A stretch of DNA of 31,325 bases. Source: Chiloscyllium plagiosum. Lineage: Eukaryota. The translations under genes and the position numbers were made by a program. This document shows positions 22,880-31,325 of this stretch, piece by piece; positions within the stretch are counted from its first letter, which is position 1, and the number at the start of each line of letters is the position of its first letter. The notes below the pieces were generated by a model. That model was given only the letters and a program-made list of their open reading frames with translations, was not told where the DNA came from and did not search any database. The stretch covers positions 1,221,968-1,253,292 of the forward strand of contig NC_057751.1 in the NCBI RefSeq assembly GCF_004010195.1, given 5' to 3'.

Positions 22880-23525
22880 ACCACACTTGACAAGCTTGAT
22901 ACTGTTCAGGACAAAGCAGCTCACTAGATTGGCACCACGTCCACAAACATCCAGTCCCTCCACCACTGACACTCACTTGCAGCAGGGTGTGCCATCTACA
23001 AGATGGACGGTAGACAAGCAGGAGGTTGGAAGAATACAGCAAGCCAGGCAGCATCAGGGGGTGAAGGCATTGAACAAGGGTTACACTCAAAACGTTGACT
23101 TCTCCACCCTCCTGATGGTGCCTGGCTTGCTATGTTCTTCCAGCCTCCTGCTTGTCTACCTTGGGATTCCAGCATCTGCAGGTTTTCTTTGTCTACAAGA
23201 TGCACTGCAGAGATTCCCCTGAGATCCTCAGACAGCATCTTCCAAACACATGACCACTTCCATCTAGAAGGACAAGGGGCAGCAGATACATGGGAACACC
23301 ACCCCCTGCAAGTTCCCTTCCATGCCACTCACTATCCTGATTAGGAAATGCATCATGATTCCTTCAGTGTCACTGGTCAAAATCCTGGAATTTCCTCCCT
23401 AAGGGGATTGTGGGTCAACTCACAGCAGGTGAACTACAGCAGTTCAATAAGGCAGCTCCCCCCCCTCCCCCCACCTTCCGAGAGCATCTCCAGGGATGAA
23501 CAAGAAATGTTGGTCTTCCTCATGA
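22880..23525 (+). mobile_element. Non-LTR retrotransposon (CR1/L2 group) 3' end
   Basis: Encodes LDTVQDKAA..IG...IQSLHH..S.AA.C.IYKM|HC and later WNFLP. The decayed tail resembles that of the 13265 SINE family. Confidence 0.75.
23006..23191 (+). mobile_element. Short palindromic Penelope-like-derived insert
   Basis: 50-bp inverted arms at 23009-23058 and 23111-23160 with 4 mismatches. Perfect 11-bp TSD tctacaagatg at 22995 and 23192. The tail ccagcatctgcag is shared with the 15488 element. Confidence 0.85.
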
Positions 23526-23559
23526 AGCTTGCTTCCCAATAGTGAGATAACTGAGAAAA

Positions 23560-24060
23560 AACACATTTAGTGGAAGTATTTGATGCTGCCCTCATCAGGC
23601 CAATTCACAAGAATACCAAGAAAAGGGAAGTAACATACAGAACATATAAGAGAGTGCAGATGGCAAGTGGACTCTGATTGGTAGAGGTGTTGCCATGGAG
23701 AATGCACCAATTAATGCCAATTGACAGTTAACCACCAGGCTTTGTTCAGTTGTAAGGTTGGCAGGTTGGCTGTGGTTGGTCAGGGCATTACCTGAGATGT
23801 GAACTGGAGAATGAGCCAATCTGTTGAGTTGAAGCAGTCGCAGTGTGTGGATATGTTCTGTGTGTCTGTAAAGAGCAGAGCCCTGGGAAATAACATGTGT
23901 AGCTTCCAGTACACGCCAGTGTGTCACGCTACAGGCCTGAGTGATCATTCTGAACAGGCCTGTCAGTGTAATTCCCACACGTTCAGGATTATCCAGCAAG
24001 TGTTGTCCTGTTGAAGGATTGCATCCAGTGTTGGACACTGCGTTGTGAGACACTGGTTAG
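23560..24060 (-). mobile_element. Penelope-like retroelement 3' remnant (GIY-YIG endonuclease C-terminal part)
   Basis: ORF 23595..24053 contains STGQHLLDNP...F.MI..A......VLEA.H, resembling the PLE S(A)I..HL...LEA.. motif. A downstream CTGATGA lies at ~23592-23598 (minus strand). Confidence 0.7.
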
Positions 24061-24818
24061 TACCTTGCTCACTGTGAACTCTATAAGGGAAGATAAGCTT
24101 TGGTATGATCCACCAGCCCTTGGAGTATGTGGCCTACATACTTGGTATCACACTGGCACTGAAACCCGTGTACCACATTACTCTACTCTCTTGTGTGTGT
24201 GATAGGTCGAACATCTTTCTGACTTGATGGCAGCTTCCTGTTGGTTGCGAGCAGCAGGTATTTTGGACCTGTCCGGTAGCAGTGTGAACCAGCTCCCTTC
24301 ACCTGTCGTTCATACCACCGAGGGAACCTGAGAGACTGCCTTTGAGTGTGATATCCAGTGAGAAATGATGTGATCAGGGTCAACATTGGCTCACAGAATG
24401 TGTGCCCTCTTTCAGCCTCAGGCTTGCAGGGTAGCTGTTTGACTACGGCCCTTTTCCCAAGGTTGGTGAAGAAGCCATTCAGAGAACACGTGGGCCCCCA
24501 GGAATCCCAGTGAGGACCAGCTGAGCACTACCAAACAACACCACCTCAGCAATCATCTGCTGCAGGATAACCAGTGGAAGCTGGCTGGTGAGGGGGTCAT
24601 AGGGAAGGCATGAAGGGGCCTCTCTGTTTGGGATGGGTCACTGCTGCAGTCAGAGAGAAGGCTGAGGAATTTCTTGAGAGAGTGCTTGGCTTGGTGAAGT
24701 TGTTGAGCCAGGATAGTGGCAGACGGACTGTAGCAGTGTGCTCAGTGCAGCCAACCGCACAGAGCCATGGGAATGCCAACAGTTCATGATACTCCGGGGT
24801 TCAGTGGAGGGACCTGGG

Positions 24819-24854
24819 GTGTGTGTGTCTGTCTGTGTGTGTGTGTGTGTGTGT
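24819..24854. repeat. Interrupted (GT)n microsatellite
   Basis: Direct reading. Confidence 0.9.
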
Positions 24855-24919
24855 ATCTGTCTGAAAGGCAGCTCTGCAAACTGCTCTGTCGTGGAAATAA
24901 TTGACTTGGCAAAGTGACC

Positions 24920-24932
24920 ATTTCCTGTTTAC
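24920..24932 (-). promoter_or_regulatory. Candidate FOX:ETS composite motif GTAAACAGGAAAT
   Basis: atttcctgtttac: a forkhead site (GTAAACA) overlapping an ETS site (ACAGGAAAT), in apparently unique intronic DNA. Motif only. Confidence 0.4.
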
Positions 24933-25367
24933 AGTAATTGAACAGCATAGGTCTACAGTAAGACGTCATGCAAGCACTGCTGAGAGATTCCAAAGACAAA
25001 CAGAGAGCTGGAGTGCAGGCCACCTGCCCTGAGGCCACTGGGTTTGAACACAGCTCCCCACTCAGGGCAGCTGCTCGGGATGTGTTGCTACAGTCTGCAC
25101 AGCCTGATCAAAACCTTCTGCTTGGGCATAGGGCCACGTGCTGCCCCGCAGGCAAGTGGGCAGCCATCCGAGGGCACAGGAAGATCCCACGGACTGTAAA
25201 ACACAGAGCTTCTGGATGGCCCACTGTCAGAAACGTGGCATTAGCCAGTCAGCTTGTTCTGCAAGCCAATGCAGGACCACAAGCTGTCTCTGTCACCCTG
25301 GAGCTCTGGGATTGCTCAGTACTGCCACAAGAGGCACTGCTGGCCAGAGGGCAACACTGCAACCCAA

Positions 25368-25873
25368 CAGCAAAAGCAAATTCCTGCAGATGCTGGAATC
25401 TGTACTGAAAACAACAAATTAGATTATTAGATTCTCTACAGTGTGGAAACAGGCCCTTCGGCCCAACAAGTCCACACCAGCCCTCCGAAGAGTAACCCAC
25501 CCAGACCCATTCCCCTTTGACTAATGCACCTAACACTACGGGCAATTTAGCATGGCCAGTTCACCTGACCTCTGTACATCTTTAAACTGTGGGAGAAACT
25601 GGAACATGGAGAGGGAACAAGTTAACATTTCGTGTCGAGATGACAGTTCATCAGAGCTGAAGTGAAGTGTGGAGGCAGCAGCATTTCAGCAGTAGTTAGG
25701 GAGTGGGGAACATGCTGCGAGTAGGGTTGGAGAAAAGACGTTGACAGTTCAGATAAATTGATCGGATTGTGAGAATGCTCTGATGAAGAGTCATCTGGAC
25801 TCAAAAACATTAGCTTGCTCTCTCTCCATGGATGCTGTCTGACCCATCGTGATCTCCGGCATTTGTTGTTTTT
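25368..25873. mobile_element. Penelope-like-derived element with inverted arms, interrupted by a SINE
   Basis: The left arm (25408-25419 plus 25605-25657) is the imperfect reverse complement of the right arm (25777-25872). It starts with ctgcagatgctgga, and both arms carry CTGATGA. Confidence 0.75.
25420..25604 (-). mobile_element. HE1-type SINE, 5'-truncated
   Basis: The reverse complement matches 29870-30085 (ggccatgctaaattgccc...gggtctgggtgg...gtggacttgttggg...cacactgtag). Confidence 0.9.
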
Positions 25874-26401
25874 GCAACAACAACTTGCCTTTAAATAGCT
25901 TCCATAAGCCTTGATTGGACAGCAGACTGCAAACAGAGCTAGTAGGGCTGGAAAAGCAGATTCAGAGAACAGTTTGACAGAGGAAAAGGAATTTGACAGG
26001 TCAGGGAATCCTCCTTCAGGTTTGGGATCCTTGAATAGAGACCCTGCTGCAGGGTTTTGGCGATTGGTCATGGTGGAGGTTTGATCTCTCAGACTCCCGC
26101 AGTCACAGCCCAGTTTCCCTGTCTCCCTCTCTTGCTCCTCTGACTGTTGCCGTCAATCACACATGCACCCTCACTCCCAATTGGATATTCATCACCATCT
26201 GCTTCCTCTTGCCCTCACACCCAGCATTTCTGAACCTGATCTGCAGGAGACTGACATGCAGCAGAGAAAAGGCTTCCTCCATGCCCCCCTTCCGCAAACC
26301 AGCTGATTCTGCTGGACACATGGGTTTGTGGTACCCCTGGGACAGGCCTAGCCTGTGGAGGGCTGTAGGACTGACTGTACAGGGCTTGGGTGGCTCCCTT
26401 C

Positions 26402-26404
<3 letters not shown>

Positions 26405-26432
<28 letters not shown>
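26405..26432. repeat. (TC)14 microsatellite
   Basis: Direct reading. Confidence 0.95.
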
Positions 26433-26435
<3 letters not shown>

Positions 26436-27332
26436 GATTTACTGCGGCTCAGAGGCTGAAGTTTGTGACATTAGAACCAACACTACCTGTCAGTGACTGT
26501 CCAGCACTTTGGAGAGAAATGCAAGCGTTTCTTGTGTGTCCTAGACATTGGAACAGCCTAATCCATGCCTCCCTGACACTCTGCAGCAGGAAGAAAGCAG
26601 CACGATTCACTCACAGCACCGTTCCCCATCTCAAAATCCCCTTTCGGTGAAGATGTGTGTTTAATCCTCCCTCACCTCAGACACGAGGACAAATTTCTGC
26701 TGCCTCGATTTGACTTTGTGCCTGAAAACTAAAGTGTGGTGACTTTTAACCTTTGGGAGATTGATCTGGAGTTGGCTGAAATAACACGGATTGACGTGAG
26801 AGTCTGACATTCTTGGGAACACTTTAGAGAGTTTGCAGAGAAACAGCAATAACACAATCAGGTCACAAGTTCAACAGGAAGAGGCTAGCTCAGTGGTCCA
26901 CTCACTCCCACCAAAGGCCCAGTGCTCTTTGCCTCATCCCATCTGTACTCACAAGATGTTCAACGACTCGGAAGCAGAATGAACTGCCAGGGACACATCG
27001 GAGCAGAAATTACCTCGTTAATTTAGGACCGATAGCACCTTGGAACGTTTTCTTGCCTTCAATGAGATGGGCTGCTGGGGTCAGTGTGAGAATGCCACAC
27101 TGGGAAAGTGACTGAGCTGGCACAAGCAATGGGAGTGACTAGGGCACTGCTGGGCCAACTGCTTGTCCCCACCTCTGGACCCTCCCACCCTACCCATCAT
27201 TCCCAAACGGTGGCATGTCCATATTAGAGAGCTGTGCAGGGGTTTGGTTGCCTTATTATAGAAGGAACAGAAACATCTCTGAGCAGGTCCAGCCTTGCTC
27301 ACAAGGGCCAATGGGCAAGATACTGACAAAGG

Positions 27333-27434
27333 CAGGCCCAGACTCCGGTCCAGACTCAGGCTCAGACTCAGACTCAGGCCCAGGCTCAGCTCAGGCCCAG
27401 GCTCACACTCAGATTCAGGCTCAGGCTCAGACAG
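27333..27434. repeat. Degenerate hexamer repeat (CTCAGR)n
   Basis: cagactcaggctcagactcagactcaggcccaggctcag...; explains the DSGPDSG, AQAQ and SLSL ORFs. Confidence 0.9.
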
Positions 27435-27639
27435 GGTTTCCACTGGGAAATCGGACTGAGCATTCCAAATAGTGGAAGGTTTTGATGCACTCAACTTGTC
27501 AAAGCCATTACTTAGTTGTTTGTTGGACCAAATGATCTATTTCCATGCTGTATGACTATAAGATTCTGCTTGGCCCCTCCCTGCTTGGTGTTCTCTCAAA
27601 CCTGTCCTAGCTCCAGTACACCACGAGGTTCCCTTTCAG

Positions 27640-28270
27640 ACCATGGGTTTGTGCACAGGGGCCTGCAGGTGAATTTGACATGGCCTCCTCACACTGGGGG
27701 TGAGTGTGCTGGTGCAGATTGAGAATTGGTTACCATACAGAAGGCAGAGAGGACAAAGGAATGGATAAACCTGTGAATGGAAGACTGTTCCTGGTGGTGA
27801 ATCAACTGGATCAGAGCTCGGATCAAATTTGCTGATAACATATAACTGGGTGGAGGTGGATGTTGTAGGGGGAGACAGTGCAAGGAAGCTTTCAGAAAAC
27901 TTGGCCAGACACTGTGAACAGGTTAGAACGTGGCAGATGGGATAGAATGTTACCAAGTGTGAAATTGCTAGATTGGATTGGGATATCTGGTCGGCATGGA
28001 CTGGTTCGACCAAAGGGTCTGTTTCCATGCTGTACATCTTTATAACTCTATATTCAACTTGAGAGAAAAGAAAGCAAGGCAGTATTTTTTTGTGTGTGAT
28101 GAGGGGGTGTTCTGAAATACCTCTGACAGAGAGAGAAAGTCCTTCACTGAATTTTCAGCTGGGTCAGCTCATTGACTGAGTGTGTTTGAGATCAAAAATG
28201 AGAGGATTCCAGACAGAGTGACATTGAGATAGAATATGCACCAAGGGTGGGATTGAATGGCACTCGGGGA
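27640..28270 (+). mobile_element. Old CR1 RT fragment with a nested HER1 3' stub (27971-28052)
   Basis: Remnants IENWL..R.QR, KFADN..LGG and WQM..NV.KCE. The stub tagattggattgggatatctggtcggcatggac...gggtctgtttccatgctgta matches the HER1 tail. Confidence 0.75.
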
Positions 28271-28652
28271 ATGTGGCAGAGAGGGAAAATGTCTGTGCAA
28301 GAATTTCTTAACTCTGCTCAGTGGAACATGGACGGAAATGATTGAACAGGAAGAGGAAGGATGCTAATTGATGTTGTCCCTGCTTCCAGGAGGTACCAGT
28401 TAATCCAATGGGAAATCCTGTCTTTAACAAATGATGCCTTTCACACAGCAGGGTCTTTCTGGCCAATGAGTGTGTATGTTTTATTACATAGCTCTGTGCT
28501 GTGCCTCTGCAATGTGAGAGAATACAGGAGACAGAAACAAATGAGGCACACACACTGACCCTGCTCAGAAATGGCTCTTGTTCAGATTTCTTCCCCAAAA
28601 AATGTAAGTCATTAGCAGCTTCTGTCCAGCTCACATGGTTTCCTGCTGGCTT

Positions 28653-28654
<2 letters not shown>

Positions 28655-28696
<42 letters not shown>

Positions 28697-28712
28697 TCCC
28701 TCTCTCTCTCTC
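28655..28712. repeat. (TC)n microsatellite / polypyrimidine tract
   Basis: Direct reading. Confidence 0.95.
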
Positions 28713-28889
28713 ACTCTGAACTGCCTCACCCAGTCAAACAGCCGATCCTCTTCCATCCCTCCCTTCACAAGAGTCTGTTGGAATAACAACTGATTCACTA
28801 ACTTCCTATCCCCATACCCCTGTATCGATCCTCAAACTAATCTCATTGTCCCACTCTCTCCCCAAATCTTGCATCAATCCTGAGCGAAT

Positions 28890-29010
28890 ATATGTTACTC
28901 CAGACCCACCGCAATGTGGATGATTCTTGTGTGCTCTCTGGGCAATTAGAGTTGGGCAATAAATGCTGACCGAGCCAGTGACGCCCTCATCTGTGAATGA
29001 ATTTTAAAAA
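28890..29010 (+). mobile_element. 3' part of a SINE (13265 family)
   Basis: actccagacccaccgcaatgtgg...ctctgggcaattagagttgggcaataaatgctg...gccagtgacgccc..gaatgaat. Confidence 0.85.
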
Positions 29011-29734
29011 GGGCTCCCCCTTTTACTTTGAGAGAGGTTGTTTTGTGCACAGCAGGGTGCGAGAAGGATCAATGAATTAAAAAGACTGGTTAATCTGGGT
29101 GTTTGACTGAGTGTTACTGAAGCCTTGTGGACACACGCGAGAACTCTCCTTGTTCTGCAGCTTGACTTTCAGCTCAGAGCCATCAAGTATGTAATCCAGC
29201 CTGAAAGACAGCACCCCCTGCAGTCAGGCACTGGAGGTGTCAGCCTGAAGTATGGACCAGTCTCCTTCCACCAGCACAGTGCTGCTTTGACCCTCTCACC
29301 ATCACAGTGTAACCTGGTGCCACAGTGGGAGAAGGGACAAGAGGCAGGGTCCACACAATCGCATCTCTCATCCCAGGAAATATCACGAGGGTGCTCAGAA
29401 AACAGCAGCAAACCAAACCTGACCCTGAGACCCAGTAGGATGTTAGCTCCAGTGACCAAGAGCTCAGTCTCCGATGGGAATTGGAGACACTCCGAGCTCT
29501 GTCATGGTTGTAATGTTGAAAGCATCGGAGTGACAGTTTGAAGGAGGGGACAGAGGATGTGAGTGGGGGTAAATACGAGGTGTTGCTGGACCGGGGACCA
29601 GAGTGAGTCAGATGTGTCCGTGGGTGGGCTTTGAGGTCAGCACCAGAGTTTCAGCTGAGCTGAAGTTGAGAAGGAAAAGCTGAACAGGGAGGTCAATCCA
29701 ATGTCCTGTTTCACAGACCAACATCTCTGGCGTA

Positions 29735-30088
29735 GGGTGGCATGGTGGCTCAGTGGTTAGCACTGCTGCCTCACAGTACCAGGGACCAGGTTCGATTCCA
29801 GCTTCAGGCAACTGTCTGTGTGGAGTTTGCACATTCTCCCCGTGTCTGTGTGGGTTTCCTCTGGGTGCTCTGGTTTCCTCCCCCAATCCAAAGGTGTGTA
29901 GTTTAGGTGGATTGGCCATGCTAAATTGCCCACAGTGTACATGGATGTGTAGATTAGATGCATCAGTCGGGGTAAATGTAAAGTAATCGGGTAGGGAAAT
30001 GGGTCTGGGTGGAATACTCTTCAGAGGGTGGGTGTGGACTTGTTGGGGTTAAAGCGCCTGTTTCACACTGTAGGGATTCAATGATTCT
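29735..30088 (+). mobile_element. Full-length HE1-type V-SINE (tRNA-derived)
   Basis: A box tggctcagtgg (29746), B box ggttcgattcc (29789), V-domain gtgtggagtttgcacattctccccgtgtctg..gggtttcc, and a CR1/HER1-like tail. Confidence 0.9.
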
Positions 30089-30220
30089 GCAGGGATTCCA
30101 CATCAACTATACCCCAGCTGACTGCTGTTCCCCCTCAGTCATTGTAAATGTCCCATTGGAACCTGTTCAGATTGTCAGTTATTTTCAGGAATAGAATGTG
30201 AAAACAGCAAAGGTTGCTGC

Positions 30221-31325
30221 AGTCAGAAAGTCATAGAGATGTACAGCACAGAAACAGACCCTTCGGCCCAACTCGTCCATGCTGGCCAGATATTCCAACC
30301 TTAACTAGTCCCATTTACCAGCACTTAGCCCATATCCCTCCAAACCCTTCCTATTTATACACCCATCCAGATACCTATTGGATATTGCAATTGTACCAGC
30401 CTCCACCACTTCCTCTGGTAGCTCATCCCATACATGCACCACCCTCTGTGTGAAAAAGTTGCACCTTAGGTCCCTTTTATATCTATCCCCTCTCAACCTA
30501 AACCTATGCCCTATAGTTCTGGACTCCCCGACCCCAGGGAAAAGACTTTGTCGATTTATCCTATCCATGCCCCTCATAATTTTATGCGACTTTACTTTCA
30601 AGGAGCTATGAACCTGCACTCCAAGGTCTCTCTGTTCAGCAACACTCCCTAGGTCCTTACCATTAAGTGTATAAGTCCTGCTAAGATTTGCTTTCCCAAA
30701 ATGCAGTACCTCACATTTATCTGAATTAAGCTCCATCTGCCACTCCTCAGCCCATTGGCCCATCTGATCCAGATCCTGTTGTAATCTGAGGTAACCTTCT
30801 TCACTGTCCACTACACCTCCAATTTTGGTGTCATCTGCAAACTTACTAACTATATCTCCTGTTCAGCTCCAAATCATTTATGTAAATGTTGAAAATCAGT
30901 GGACCCAGCACCGATCCTTGTGGCATTCCACTGGTCACAGGCCTCCAGTCTGAAAAACAACCCTCCACCACTACCTTCTGTCTTCTACCTTTAATCCAGT
31001 TCTGTATCCACATGGCTAGTTCACTCTGTATTCCATGAGATCTAACCTTGCTAACCAGTATCCCATGGGGAACCTAGTCGAATGCCTTACTGAAGTCCAT
31101 ATAGATCACATCTACCACTCTGCCCTCATCAATCCTCTTTGTTACTTCTTCAAAAAACTCAATCAAGTTTGTGAGACATGATTTCCCACGCACAAAGCCA
31201 TGTTGACTATCCCAAATCAGTCTTTGCCATTCCAAAATACATGTACATCCTGTCCCTCAGGATTCCCTCCAACAACTTGCCCACCACCGTGGTCAGGCTC
31301 ACTGGTCTATAGTTCCCTGGCTTGT
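30221..31325 (-). mobile_element. HER1/CR1 LINE RT to 3' end, with an internal deletion near 30585; runs off the window
   Basis: The reverse strand encodes [33 protein letters not shown] and WQME.N.DKCEVLHFG, then jumps to KIMRGMDRIN...WD*. Highly similar to 1952-3070. Confidence 0.95.

Larger units (their letters stand above)
10290..31325 (+). other. ADGRA2: ADGRA2 intron 1 (apparently runs past the window end)
   Basis: Consensus GTGAGT donor at 10290. No 72-bp phase-2 exon encoding an L.LSNNKI..L.NGSF-like LRR was found downstream by eye. Confidence 0.7.

Noticed and set aside
27081..27494. Low-complexity ORFs (EPEPES, SLSLSL, DSGPDSG)
   Set aside because: Translations of a hexamer repeat.
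28530..28610. LLRNGS peptide followed by gtaagt, suggestive of ADGRA2 exon 2 (L.NGSF)
   Set aside because: There is no LSNN.I motif and no polypyrimidine acceptor upstream, and the donor is at the wrong distance and phase for a 72-bp phase-2 LRR exon.
29143..29195. Good-looking splice acceptor ctctccttgttctgcag
   Set aside because: Splicing in phase 2 from exon 1 gives a stop within about 11 codons and no LRR pattern.
29735..29810. tRNA-like A and B boxes
   Set aside because: This is the head of an HE1 SINE, not a tRNA gene.

Overview
Vertebrate genomic DNA, very probably from an elasmobranch (shark or ray). The evidence is HE1-type V-SINEs, HER1/CR1 LINEs and Deu-domain SINEs, recognised from memory and not from a database search. 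The only host gene I can support is the first coding exon of ADGRA2 (GPR124) at 10081-10289 on the + strand. It encodes a signal peptide and LRR N-terminal cap and ends in a phase-2 GTGAGT donor. I found no convincing exon 2, so the remaining ~21 kb appears to be intron 1. Much of the window is decayed retroelements: many CR1 LINE fragments, three SINE families and Penelope-like (PLE) remnants. It also holds a 33-bp minisatellite spanning an assembly gap (6297-7252) and several microsatellites. Almost all listed ORFs are TE fragments or spurious. Three observations most deserve follow-up. First, a family of short, TSD-flanked, partly palindromic PLE-derived inserts carrying minimal hammerhead-ribozyme motifs. 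Second, a minisatellite grown out of a Deu-SINE. Third, a textbook FOX:ETS motif in unique intron-1 sequence. I see no clear evidence of a wholly new biological system. TE boundaries are approximate (about +/-20 bp) unless TSDs are given.
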